Assembly: GCA_045863855.1 (NCBI GenBank)
Contig: BTVV01000002.1
Span: 64,001 to 128,000 of the forward strand
Source: Planctomycetota bacterium
Lineage (GTDB): Bacteria > Planctomycetota > SZUA-567 > H5-PLA8
Direction: 5' to 3'
Length of the DNA stretch: 64,000 nucleotides
The notes beneath the pieces were generated by a model that had not been told where the DNA came from, ran no database searches, and worked only from the letters and a program-made list of their open reading frames with translations. Shown here piece after piece: positions 19,219 through 28,501 of the stretch (positions are counted from its first letter, which is position 1; every line of letters begins with the position of its first letter). A program made the position numbers and the translations under genes.

Positions 19219-19941
19219 TCATACGCCTGCTTCGTCGAGCTTCTTGGCCATCAATTGCAGCGTTGCTTCGAGGCACTCTTCGCCGAAGGCGGCCGAGGCG
19301 TCGCGGGGATCGGGGCCGCCGACGCCTTGCGGCCAGACGGAGCGGTCGGGGCCGAGTTGCGCCAGGTCGGGCAGATCGGGGCGCAGGGCCAGGACGAGCG
19401 AGGTCTCGTTCTTGGCGGCGTGGTCGGTCTGCGAGCGCCACTCCTTCACGATATCTTCGGTGACGCCCAACAGTTTGAGGCCGAAGCGGTCTTGGCGTTC
19501 GGCGAGGCCCGAACGCCACTGATGGCGCGAGGGGCCGTGCCCGTCGGCGAAGACCGCGCGGAAGCCGGCGCGTTTGAGTTGTTCGAGGATCGCGTCGAGC
19601 AGCGCGTTGAAGGCGCCGGGGCCGATCCAGTAACAGCTTCCGTCGAGCGGGCGGTGCGGCGTGGTGGACTCGTGGTATTCCATGCCCTGGAGGACGACGC
19701 CCTCGGGCGTGGTCTTCTGGCGGTCGGGGCCGAGGTGAATGGGCGGCATCACGATCCCGCCGAAGCGCTGCGCGGCGCGTACGAAAAGCCCCTCGCTGAT
19801 GATCGCGTCGCTGCCGAGCGGGAGGTGTTCGCCGTGCCATTCGAGCGTGCCGAGCGGCAGGTAGGCCAGCGGGCGCTGCTTCAACCGCGCACGGAACTGG
19901 TGCGGCAGCAGATCGGAAAAGCGAACGCGTTCGTTGGACAT
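19219..19941 (-). CDS. Creatininase / creatinine amidohydrolase family protein
   Basis: 'PLGTLEWHGEHLPLGSD', 'ADGHG', 'DHAAKNETS'; starts 2 nt after the upstream stop. Confidence 0.92.
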   Translation of the reverse strand: MSNERVRFSDLLPHQFRARLKQRPLAYLPLGTLEWHGEHLPLGSDAIISEGLFVRAAQRFGGIVMPPIHLGPDRQKTTPEGVVLQGMEYHESTTPHRPLDGSCYWIGPGAFNALLDAILEQLKRAGFRAVFADGHGPSRHQWRSGLAERQDRFGLKLLGVTEDIVKEWRSQTDHAAKNETSLVLALRPDLPDLAQLGPDRSVWPQGVGGPDPRDASAAFGEECLEATLQLMAKKLDEAGV

Positions 19942-19943
19942 GG

Positions 19944-22900
19944 TTACTCCGGTCCGGTGCGCACGGTGCCGGGGAGGTCCGGCTCGGGCTTCGTTCCAGG
20001 GACGGCATCGGGCTTCGCGCCGTCTTTCGCTTTCTCTTTTTCGTCCGGGCCGTGGGACGAGTAGCCCATGCTGAGGTATTCCTGGGCGAAGTTTCCGAAG
20101 CCGGGGTAATCGCGGCGGGCGTAGGCGGCGCGCTGGGACTCCAGTTCGGCGACCTTGCGCAGGAAGCGCATCAAGTCGGGGTACTTCTCGGGCGTCACGC
20201 GCTGCATGGGCATCAAGTAGGAGCGGTTGCAGAAGAGCTTCGCGCCGCGGACGTTGAAATCGGCGAGGTAGAATCCGAACTCGCTGCACAGGAAGAGATC
20301 GTCAGGAACCTGAACCCAGGCGTGCCCGGCGGGCGCCTCGTAGACGATGTGGTGATCGAGGTCGGCGACTTCGCTGCGCACGAGGAGGTCGTAGGTGCGT
20401 TCGGGCGGTCCCATGAGGCGCTGGATGCCGGCGGGTCCGAGGAAGGGCTGGACGAACCAGGTGCTTTCGGCCTGACCGGCCAGCGAGGGCACGTTGCCGG
20501 CGTAGACGAAGCGCAGCGCGTCGCCGGCGTGTTCCTGCCCGTGGAGTTTGACCTGGCTGAGTCCGATATTGGGCCAGTAGCCGCGGACGACGCCTTCCTT
20601 GATCTGTTCGGCTTTGCGCGGATCTTCCAGTTCGCGCCGGACGGCTCCGGCGGTGGCGCCGAAGATGTGGAACTGGCCCTGGACGGAGGCGTTGCCTTCG
20701 CCGTCGAGCGCGACGGAGACGTCGTGGCGCAGGGGGAGCAGGCCCAGGGATTCGGCGTGGAGGCGTTTGATGCGCACGCCTTCGTCGCCGACGGTGAGGG
20801 CGAGGGAGCCGGCCTGATTGGCGACGAGGAGGCCGAGGTCGAAGTAGCGCGCGGGCTGCCCGGAGAACTGGAGCCAGGATTCGGGTCCGTCCTTGGGCTG
20901 CAGGACGAGCATGCGGCCCAGGGATCCGTAATTGCCGAAGACGACGGGATCCCAGGACCGGGTGGCGTTCTTGCCGCGCCAGTTTCCGGCGGGGACGTAG
21001 GCGCCGTTGACGAAGGCGTGCCTTACGTCCAGGCCGGCGGCCTTGCACATCGCCTGCGCCAGTTCGCTCATCTGGGAGCTGCTTCCAGCGCGCAGCGCCC
21101 AGACGTCGTCGAGGTTGCGGGATTCCTGTCCGGGCTGGATGTTGCCGCGCACCCATTCGGCGATGGCGCGGAAGGCGTGTTCCTCGCTGGGCATGGCTTG
21201 GGCGAGCTTGACGGCGATTGCGGCGGCGTCGGCGGGCAGAAAGTTCTCGTCGCGGCGCATCAGCCAGCCGGTGGCCCGGAACGGGCGTTCGGGCGATTCG
21301 ATGAAGACCAGCGGAATGACTTCCTCGTCGCCCTCGCCCGCCATGTACGGCTCGACCTTGATCCCTTCCACCTGTTTATTGGACCACTGGTAGACCGTAT
21401 AGCCTTCGGGTCCGGGGAGGATTTTTTCTTCGATCAGCTCCGGGCGAATCTTGCGGATGCGCAGCTTGTGGTCCTTGGGCAGCAGGACGACCCAGCGCGA
21501 GATCGCGCGCGGGGCATCGAGCGCGTTGAAGTTGAAGGCCATCTGGAACGAAGGTTCGATCTCGTCGGCCTCGGCGTGTTCGAGGTAGGCGTGTTCGAGG
21601 ATCGAGCCGGCGCCGACGCGGTAGTAGCTGGCCGATTGCGCGAAGTTGAAGTCGTGGACATTCTGGGGCATGAAGACCGAACCGTCAGGGTTGAGGGTGC
21701 GGACGAAGACCATGTCCTGGCGCTGCGCGGCGACAAGCTGTTCGGAGAGTTCGTTGATGCCGTCGAGGTTGAGCACCTTCTGCGCGATGTGGACGTAGGA
21801 TTCGCGGGAGAGATCGGGGAAGACCTTGGTGACCATGAAGTCGACGATCCAGGCGTGGTTGGCGCGCGGATAGTTGAGCTGGGAGAACTGCGAGGTATCG
21901 ATCTGGGCGACCTCGACGTCGTAGGGTTTCCACCAGGGTTCTCCGCCGCGGCCTTCGATCTCGCGGAGCCTGCGGCGGAGTTCGAAATCGCCGGGGTGCT
22001 CTTTCAGGCGCGCCTGGATGCGCGCGGCGGCGGCTTCCTTGCGGCCGAGCAGGATTTCGAGATCGACGAGGCGCACGACGGCGGTGCGGTTCTGCGGCTG
22101 GCGCGCGGCGATCTCCTCGCGCAGCTTCAGCGCGCCTTCCAAGTCGCCCTGTTCGATCTTGAGGTCGGCGCGGAGCGAGAGGTGTTCGTCCTTGCGCTCG
22201 GGGAATGCGCGTTCCTGTTCGTCGAGGAGCTTGGCGGCTTCGTCGAGCGCGCCCTTGCGCAGGAGGCGCTGATAACGCGCGCCCTGCGGTTCGAGGCCGA
22301 GCGCGTAGAGCCGCTCGCGCAGTTCCCGCGCGCGGGGACGGCTGCCCGAGACCTCGTGGAAGCTGACGAGCTGCGGGAGAAACGCGGCGTCGAGCTTGGC
22401 GGCGAGTTCGTACTGGCGTTCGGCCAGCGCGTAGAGTCCCTTCTGGTAGTACAGCAGCGCGAGACGCTCCTGCGCGAGCGGCGAATCGGGATACGCGGTG
22501 GCGCAGGCTTTGATGCGGTCGAAGGCCATGTCCTTCAGTTCGCGCTCCTGGAAGAAAGACGCCAGCGCCAGGAGATGCTGGTGATTGCCGGGCACGAGGC
22601 TCAAAGCGCGTTCGCGCATGCCGCGGGCTTCTTCTTCGTGGCGCGTCTCGGCGTTGCCGCCGTGGCGTCCGACGCTGGAGAGGACGTGCGCGGAGAAATC
22701 GAGCGCCTGTATGGAATCGGGCCAGGTGCCGGCGATGCGCCTCGCGACGGCTTCGCGCGCGGCGGCGTCGTTCTCCTGGCGTGCGGCCAGATCGAGCCAG
22801 CGCAATTCGGCGGCGTTCAGGTCGCCGGACTCGGCGAGCGCGGCGAGACCGTCCCTCGCGCTGCGGCGATCGGCAGGGAGCTTGGCGAGGAAGTACTCGG

Positions 22901-24050
22901 CCAGCGCTCCGGCGGCGGGTTGTGCAAAGCGGAAGCCCGCGACGGGCACGACGGCGTGCTTGGCCAGTTCTTCCGGAGGCAGCGGCGCGACGGCGACGCC
23001 GGCGAGGGGACCTTGGTCGAGGCCCAGGACGCGCAGCGCGATATCGCTTGCCACGGGCAATTTGACGAGGATCGGGTTGGCGCCTTTGAGCAGCCGCGTG
23101 CGGACGAGGACCGGATCGCGCGGAAAGCGTTCGTCCTGGGCGGGCAGGACGATGGGTACGCCGCGCAGGAAAATCTTGGCGTTGGACGGTCCGCCGAAGA
23201 CGAGGAGCGCGTCGCGGTCTTCGTCGCTTTGCAGGCTGGTGAACGCGTAAAAAATGCCGCCTGCACCGGGAAAAAGGCGGCTGAGCTGGAGGACGCGGAA
23301 GGCGGCTTCGAGATCCTTGCGCACGGGGACGGGCTTCCCGCGGGCGTCGAGGAAGGTTAAGTCTTTGAGGCCCTGCTCGGGGGCGAAGCGGCGTTCCATG
23401 GGGTTGTTCTGGTCTTCTGCGCCGAAGGGTCCGGCGGCAAACTGCCAGCGGTCGAGGTAGCCGAGGTTCTTAATCGCATCGCGGGCTTTGGCCGGTTCGT
23501 CGCGCTGCATGTAGAGCGTGGCGAGTAGGTCGAGCATGGCCAGACGCACGGGGGGCGCGGCGGCGGGGACGGAGGTTTCGAGGGCTTGGATGAGTTCGGC
23601 ACGGCATTCGGTGAAGGCGAGTCCGTCCATCGCGCGCATCGCGAGTCCCATGCAGAGGGGCGATTGGGCGGAAGCGCGGAGCATGCGGATCGAGAGCGCC
23701 TGGGATTCGGCGTAGCGGCCTTCCATGATCGCGACGCTGCGCAACCCTTCCAGCGTTTCGAGGTCGTTGGGCTGGGCGTCGAGGGATTCATCGAACGCCT
23801 TGCGCGCGCCGGAAAAGTCGTTTTTGAAGACGAGTTCCCAGCCGCGCATGCTGAGCGCGGGGAGCTTGGCAGGGTGTTTGGCCGGCGCGATTTCCTGGCT
23901 GGCCGGCGGCGGCACTTTGGGCTCGGGCGGCGCTTCGGCCGGAGGCTGTTCTTCCTCTTGTTGTTGGGCGCGGATGGGCAGGGCGAGCGCGGCCCCCAGC
24001 ATCAAGCAGAGCCAGCATGCCAGGCGCAGGCGCGGGGCGGGGATGAGCAT
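19944..24050 (-). CDS. Large secreted TPR protein with C-terminal DUF3857/transglutaminase-like/DUF3858-type architecture
   Basis: Signal peptide; many TPR-like helices; 'RTLNPDG....GSILEHAY'; degenerate TGase core 'WALRAGSS..ELAQAMCKAAG'; C-terminal 'RVTPEKYPDL..FL..V'. Confidence 0.75.
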   Translation of the reverse strand: MLIPAPRLRLACWLCLMLGAALALPIRAQQQEEEQPPAEAPPEPKVPPPASQEIAPAKHPAKLPALSMRGWELVFKNDFSGARKAFDESLDAQPNDLETLEGLRSVAIMEGRYAESQALSIRMLRASAQSPLCMGLAMRAMDGLAFTECRAELIQALETSVPAAAPPVRLAMLDLLATLYMQRDEPAKARDAIKNLGYLDRWQFAAGPFGAEDQNNPMERRFAPEQGLKDLTFLDARGKPVPVRKDLEAAFRVLQLSRLFPGAGGIFYAFTSLQSDEDRDALLVFGGPSNAKIFLRGVPIVLPAQDERFPRDPVLVRTRLLKGANPILVKLPVASDIALRVLGLDQGPLAGVAVAPLPPEELAKHAVVPVAGFRFAQPAAGALAEYFLAKLPADRRSARDGLAALAESGDLNAAELRWLDLAARQENDAAAREAVARRIAGTWPDSIQALDFSAHVLSSVGRHGGNAETRHEEEARGMRERALSLVPGNHQHLLALASFFQERELKDMAFDRIKACATAYPDSPLAQERLALLYYQKGLYALAERQYELAAKLDAAFLPQLVSFHEVSGSRPRARELRERLYALGLEPQGARYQRLLRKGALDEAAKLLDEQERAFPERKDEHLSLRADLKIEQGDLEGALKLREEIAARQPQNRTAVVRLVDLEILLGRKEAAAARIQARLKEHPGDFELRRRLREIEGRGGEPWWKPYDVEVAQIDTSQFSQLNYPRANHAWIVDFMVTKVFPDLSRESYVHIAQKVLNLDGINELSEQLVAAQRQDMVFVRTLNPDGSVFMPQNVHDFNFAQSASYYRVGAGSILEHAYLEHAEADEIEPSFQMAFNFNALDAPRAISRWVVLLPKDHKLRIRKIRPELIEEKILPGPEGYTVYQWSNKQVEGIKVEPYMAGEGDEEVIPLVFIESPERPFRATGWLMRRDENFLPADAAAIAVKLAQAMPSEEHAFRAIAEWVRGNIQPGQESRNLDDVWALRAGSSSQMSELAQAMCKAAGLDVRHAFVNGAYVPAGNWRGKNATRSWDPVVFGNYGSLGRMLVLQPKDGPESWLQFSGQPARYFDLGLLVANQAGSLALTVGDEGVRIKRLHAESLGLLPLRHDVSVALDGEGNASVQGQFHIFGATAGAVRRELEDPRKAEQIKEGVVRGYWPNIGLSQVKLHGQEHAGDALRFVYAGNVPSLAGQAESTWFVQPFLGPAGIQRLMGPPERTYDLLVRSEVADLDHHIVYEAPAGHAWVQVPDDLFLCSEFGFYLADFNVRGAKLFCNRSYLMPMQRVTPEKYPDLMRFLRKVAELESQRAAYARRDYPGFGNFAQEYLSMGYSSHGPDEKEKAKDGAKPDAVPGTKPEPDLPGTVRTGPE

Positions 24051-24157
24051 CGAGCGGCGTCTCCGGATCGGCAGCGCACAGCCTACGGGGAACCGAGCGC
24101 GCTTGCGAGCGCCGAGCCGATGGGTTCAGATGGAGCATCCGGCCGAAAGGAATACCC

Positions 24158-25093
24158 TTGGCTCAACGTCCGTCCCCGCCGCCCGCGATCCGCACGCTCA
24201 AGATGGCCGAGCATCTGCCCGGGCACGCGGGGTCGCTCCCGCTTTCGGTGCGCTGGCACGACGTGAATCAGATGGTCGGCGCGCACGATCACGACTTCTA
24301 CGAATTGGTGCTGGTCACGCACGGGCGCGGCGAACACTTCACCAGCCGCCGGCGGGTGCTCACCACGGCCGGCGACGTCTGGGCGATCCGGCCCGGGCAC
24401 TGGCATACGTATATGAACGCGAAGCATCTGGGCGTCTTCAACTGTCTGATCGGGACGAGCCTGTTCAAGGAGCTGGCGCCGGGCTTGCAACGCGCGCCGG
24501 GATCGGTGGAGCTGTTCTGGCGCGGACCGGCCAAGCAGGCGCGCGACGGCTGCTGCCTGTTGCGCCTCGACCCGGCGCGGCGTCTGGAAGCCGAACGGAT
24601 TCTGGAGCGGCTGGCCGAGATACTTTCGCGCGGCGACGCGTCGGCCGAACTGGAAGCGCGGGGCGAACTGTGGGCTTTTCTGGCGATCCTTTCCCGCGCG
24701 GCGGAGACGGAGTTACTCGACGCGAAATCCGCGGAAGCGCGCGCCGATGCGAAGGCCCCCCGGCACGACGCAGCCGTCGCGGCGTTGGAACTGCTGGAGA
24801 CGCGCTTCGCCGAGCCTCTGGCGGTGGAAGAACTGGCCGCGGCGGCAGGGGTGAGCGCGCCGCATCTGACGCGGCTCTTCCGGCGTCTGACCGGGCGCAG
24901 TCCAATGCAATACTTGAACGACGTGCGCATCCAGCGCGCATGCACGCGGCTGGCGGAATCGGACGAGCCGATCACCTCCATCGCCGGCGCGGTGGGCTGG
25001 CCCGACCCGAACCTATTTGCGCGGCGCTTCCGGCAGGCGCTGGGCGTTTCGCCGCGGGCGTACCGGGCGGAGAAGAAGGGGCGTGGGGGGTAG
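24158..25093 (+). CDS. AraC family transcriptional regulator (RhaS/RhaR-like)
   Basis: 'HDHDFYELVLV..GRGEH..GDVWAIRPGHWH'; 'ITSIAGAVGW.DPNLFARRFRQALGVSPRAYR'; exact start uncertain. Confidence 0.93.
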   Translation: MAQRPSPPPAIRTLKMAEHLPGHAGSLPLSVRWHDVNQMVGAHDHDFYELVLVTHGRGEHFTSRRRVLTTAGDVWAIRPGHWHTYMNAKHLGVFNCLIGTSLFKELAPGLQRAPGSVELFWRGPAKQARDGCCLLRLDPARRLEAERILERLAEILSRGDASAELEARGELWAFLAILSRAAETELLDAKSAEARADAKAPRHDAAVAALELLETRFAEPLAVEELAAAAGVSAPHLTRLFRRLTGRSPMQYLNDVRIQRACTRLAESDEPITSIAGAVGWPDPNLFARRFRQALGVSPRAYRAEKKGRGG

Positions 25094-25255
25094 GGTGCGG
25101 GAGAACGGCAAAGGGCCTCCATTGAAAGACTTCCCCGCCATGATCGTTTTATGCTAGTTCGTGCCCAGCGCGGACTAGTGCCGGACCCCCTCGCTGGGGT
25201 CTAATGCCTCCATGCGCGGAAGAAGCCGCGCCGGATGCTTCAGCGAGGAAACGAG

Positions 25256-26176
25256 ATGCCCGCCACCGTCCCGGCCGTCGACTTCAACCGCACGATCCAG
25301 CTCAGCGACGAACAGATCCGCTTCTACCAGGAGAACGGGTTCATCCAGATCCTGAACGTGCTGACGCCCGACGAAGTCGATTTCGTCCGCGAGAGCATCG
25401 CCGAAGCGATCGATCACCTCTCGCGCACCAAGACCGGCAAAAGCCAAGGCAACCCCTTCTACAGCAAGGTCTTTCACCAGGAAGTGAACCTCTGGCGCAT
25501 TCACGAGGGCGTGAAGCGCTACACCCTTTCGCGCCGCCTGGGCGAACTGGCGCGGCAGTTGACCGGCGTCGCCAAGATGCGCCTTTGGCACGATCACTGC
25601 CTGTACAAGATGCCCGAGCAGAGCCTCGCCAGCGACTGGCACCAGGACTGGCCCTACTGGCCGATGTACCACGCCGGCGCGATGAGCTGCTGGATGGCGC
25701 TGGACGATGTGAACGAGACCAACGGCTGCCTGCAGTTCGTGCCCAAGAGCTTTAAGTGGGGCATCTACCCGGCCATCGCGCTGGGCAGCGGAAAGAAGCA
25801 GCTCGAAACGATGCTGAACGAGGAAGAGCGCGCGAAGTTCAAGCCCGTCGCGATGCCGATGCCGGCCGGGAGCTGCACGTTCCACGATGGGCTGTGTTTC
25901 CACTACGCCAATCCCAACCGCAGCGATAAGCCGCGCCGCGCGATTGCCACGATCTACCAGCCCGACGGGACCGAGTTCCGCAAGAAGGGGCATATCTGCA
26001 CCGATCCGTTGAAGCTCAACGACGGCGACAAGCTGGTCGACGAGATCTTCCCGGTTGTGGCCGAAGGGAAACCCTATCCGACGACCACCTTCTACGATGC
26101 GCGGGAGCGGCTGAAGAGCGAAGCCGCGCTGAACGACGCTCGCCACGCGCGCATGAAGGCGGCGGCGGAAGCGTGA
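25256..26176 (+). CDS. Phytanoyl-CoA dioxygenase (PhyH) family Fe(II)/2-oxoglutarate oxygenase
   Basis: 'FYQENGF', HxD 'WHQD', 'W.ALDDV..NGCLQFVP.S', distal His 'FHDGLCFH..N.S..PRR'; GAGG RBS. Confidence 0.93.
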   Translation: MPATVPAVDFNRTIQLSDEQIRFYQENGFIQILNVLTPDEVDFVRESIAEAIDHLSRTKTGKSQGNPFYSKVFHQEVNLWRIHEGVKRYTLSRRLGELARQLTGVAKMRLWHDHCLYKMPEQSLASDWHQDWPYWPMYHAGAMSCWMALDDVNETNGCLQFVPKSFKWGIYPAIALGSGKKQLETMLNEEERAKFKPVAMPMPAGSCTFHDGLCFHYANPNRSDKPRRAIATIYQPDGTEFRKKGHICTDPLKLNDGDKLVDEIFPVVAEGKPYPTTTFYDARERLKSEAALNDARHARMKAAAEA

Positions 26177-26182
26177 ATCCAG

Positions 26183-26317
26183 TTCGGATTGAGGATATTA
26201 GATTGCGGCTTTCGGATTAAACGGCCGAGGCGAGCGTAGCGGCTTGTCCGTTGAAGTGCAGTCGTTCAATCCGTTATCCGCCATCCGCCATCCGCCATTC
26301 ACAATTCACAATCCCAG
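26183..26317. repeat. Inverted pair of heptamer arrays (NNCGGAT x5 / ATCCGCC-ATTCACA x7)
   Basis: Left arm 26183-26217: ttcggat tgaggat attagat tgcggct ttcggat. Right arm 26269-26317: atccgtt atccgcc x3 attcaca x2 atcccag. Confidence 0.8.
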
Positions 26318-26320
26318 GTA

Positions 26321-27142
26321 TTACCCATAGGGCCCCTTCCCGTGGAAGCCCAGCACGCGGCGCAGGCGCGCGTCGTCGCGCGTGCGCGCTTCGACCCATT
26401 CGGGCAGGCGGTAGTGCATGAACGGGTAGAACCGTTGGGCGACCCAGCGCATCCCGAAATGCATCTGGAGCAAGTAGCGCGTATCGCCGGACGAATTCGG
26501 CGCTCCGCGGTGCCAGCATTGTCCGTTGTGCAGGTAGGCGTCGCCGGCGCGCGCGTACATGCTCACCGGCCCGCGTCCGTCGAACTTCGGCGCCGCCGTC
26601 TTCGGCGGCGGATGCCTTCCCGCGTAGTGGCTGGCCGGAACGAACTGCGTCGGCCCGTGCGTTTCGTCGAGGACGTCGCTGAGCAGAATCTGAAACGTGA
26701 ACTGGCAGATGGGCATGCGCAGCCGGGCGTCGTGCCGTTCGATCCCTTCGGGCAGCGGAAACAGGAGATGCTCGTCCACGTGCCAGCCGTCGATGGCTTT
26801 GCCCGAAGGATTCACCACCGCGTTGTTCGCCACGAGGTGGCAGTGGGGCCCCAGGATCCGTTCGGCCAGCGAGATGAACGGTTCGCGCGTGAGCAGTTCC
26901 AGAAAGAGCGGGTCGAGTTCGAAGAGGCGGCACATCACGATGTCGCCGTAGCGGTTATGCGTATCGGCCAGGCCGGGGTTCGCGAAGGCTCGATCCAGCG
27001 CGGCGCGCAATGCGGCGCACTCGCCGGGCGCCAGGACCCCGGGCAGCGGACAGAAGCCGTCGCGTTCGAAGCGTTCGGCGATCGCGCCTTGTTCGGCCTC
27101 GGCGGGCACGGCGGAGACGGCAGGCACGGTCAGCGTGGTCAT
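26321..27142 (-). CDS. Phytanoyl-CoA dioxygenase (PhyH) family protein
   Basis: 'FERDGF', 'WHVD', 'GPTQFVPASH', 'AGDAYLHNGQCWHRGAPN.S..R'; start at MTTLTV inferred. Confidence 0.92.
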   Translation of the reverse strand: MTTLTVPAVSAVPAEAEQGAIAERFERDGFCPLPGVLAPGECAALRAALDRAFANPGLADTHNRYGDIVMCRLFELDPLFLELLTREPFISLAERILGPHCHLVANNAVVNPSGKAIDGWHVDEHLLFPLPEGIERHDARLRMPICQFTFQILLSDVLDETHGPTQFVPASHYAGRHPPPKTAAPKFDGRGPVSMYARAGDAYLHNGQCWHRGAPNSSGDTRYLLQMHFGMRWVAQRFYPFMHYRLPEWVEARTRDDARLRRVLGFHGKGPYG

Positions 27143-27305
27143 GGGCTTCGTCCTCGGGTCTGCTTCAGGTAACCCCACGGCGGAGCCGGACGCCATGGGT
27201 ACTCGTTCCCCGAATCGGGCGGCTTGGGGGCTAAAATCGACATCTTTCCGTCCCGCGGGCCGATACGCGGTATACTGATAGGGAAGGCATCCCGAGGCCG
27301 CCGCG

Positions 27306-28259
27306 ATGAGCACTCGCCCGCCCGCGCCCGAATATTTGGCGCTCGACGAACTGCAGCCCCGTGTGGACCTCGCCAGTTACTGGCGCGTCGGGCCGGTCTG
27401 GTACACGTACCGCATCCCCGGGCACCACCTGCTCTTGATTCATCGCGGGACGCTGGAGGCCGATACGCCGCAGGGGCGCATCAAGGCCAAGGACGGCGAT
27501 CTGATCTGCTTCCGGCCGACGGAGCACAACGAGTACGGCACGAAGGGGAAGCTGGAGTTCTTCCAGGCGCACATCGATTTCGCGCCGCCGCCCAAGGAGG
27601 CGCAGACGCCGTGGCTGGGCGAGGCCGGCCCGCTGCCGCTGCACCTGCCGATGGGGGATGCCTACGAGCCGCTCGCGCGGGTGTACGAGACGTTGATGCT
27701 GGAGTTGCCGCAAAGCGGCGCGGTCCACGAACTGCGGGTGCGCCAGGCGGTCTTCGAGATGCTGGCGCTTATCGCCGAAGCGCAACTGGGCCGCCAGCGC
27801 CGCCGGGGCGAAACGCAGGCGCCGCGCATCGACGCGTGGCAGCGCGCGCGGCTGCGGCTGGGCGCCGACCTGGACGCCGAGCTGCGGCTGGGGCCGCTCG
27901 CCCGCGAGCTGGGAGTCTCGCGCGATCATTACAACAGCCGATATCGCCCGCGCGTCGGCGTGAATCCGATCGAGCACCGTACGCGGGCGCGGCTGCTGGC
28001 GGCGCTGCGGAGGCTGCGCGAAGGGACCGAGCCGGTGAAGGTCATCGCGCGCGCGCTGGGCTGGGCGGATACGAAGAGCCTCACCCGCGCCTGCAAGCGC
28101 CACTTCGGCCTTGCGCCGCGGGATGTCCGCGCGGGGCAGAGCTTGCCGACGCCCGAAGCGCCGGGTACGGAGAGCGAGCGGCTGTATCCGATCAACAAGC
28201 ATGTGGTGCCGCCGGAGGCGGGGGCGCGGTATTTCGAGAAGTGGAGGGTGCGGAAGTAG
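27306..28259 (+). CDS. AraC family transcriptional regulator
   Basis: Cupin-like N-terminus; 'LARELGVSR..', 'VKVIARALGWAD...TRACKRHFGLAP'. Confidence 0.88.
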   Translation: MSTRPPAPEYLALDELQPRVDLASYWRVGPVWYTYRIPGHHLLLIHRGTLEADTPQGRIKAKDGDLICFRPTEHNEYGTKGKLEFFQAHIDFAPPPKEAQTPWLGEAGPLPLHLPMGDAYEPLARVYETLMLELPQSGAVHELRVRQAVFEMLALIAEAQLGRQRRRGETQAPRIDAWQRARLRLGADLDAELRLGPLARELGVSRDHYNSRYRPRVGVNPIEHRTRARLLAALRRLREGTEPVKVIARALGWADTKSLTRACKRHFGLAPRDVRAGQSLPTPEAPGTESERLYPINKHVVPPEAGARYFEKWRVRK

Positions 28260-28270
28260 GGGACTGCATC

Positions 28271-28448
28271 GCCGCAGAGACGCGGAGGGCGTGGAGAAAG
28301 GCAAAAATGTCCTCTTCTCCCCATTCTCTTATTGCGCGCATGGCCTCCTCGTAGGCTTAAGAGTCCTTGCCTTTCAGTCCAAAATCCCCAATCGACCATC
28401 CCCCATGCGCGCTTTCCCCTTGCACTCGCATTCCCGCTTCCCCCCGCT
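28271..28448. repeat. Intergenic short-period repeats (CGCGGAG-type nonamers, small hairpin, degenerate heptamers)
   Basis: cgcagaga cgcggaggg cgtggagaa; ggagaaagg...cctcttctcc; aaaatcc ccaatcg accatcc. Confidence 0.5.
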
Positions 28449-28501
28449 AACTTGAACGCGTCGCCTGCCACAAACCGCTAATCCGCCGCGAGGGTCGCGC
28501 C

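Noticed and set aside
20052..23360. 1102-aa + strand ORF, and similar long antisense ORFs (5603..7207, 7839..10013, 16592..18220, 40509..42089, 50531..52255)
   Set aside because: Shadow ORFs opposite well-supported genes; expected from high GC3 codon bias; no motifs.
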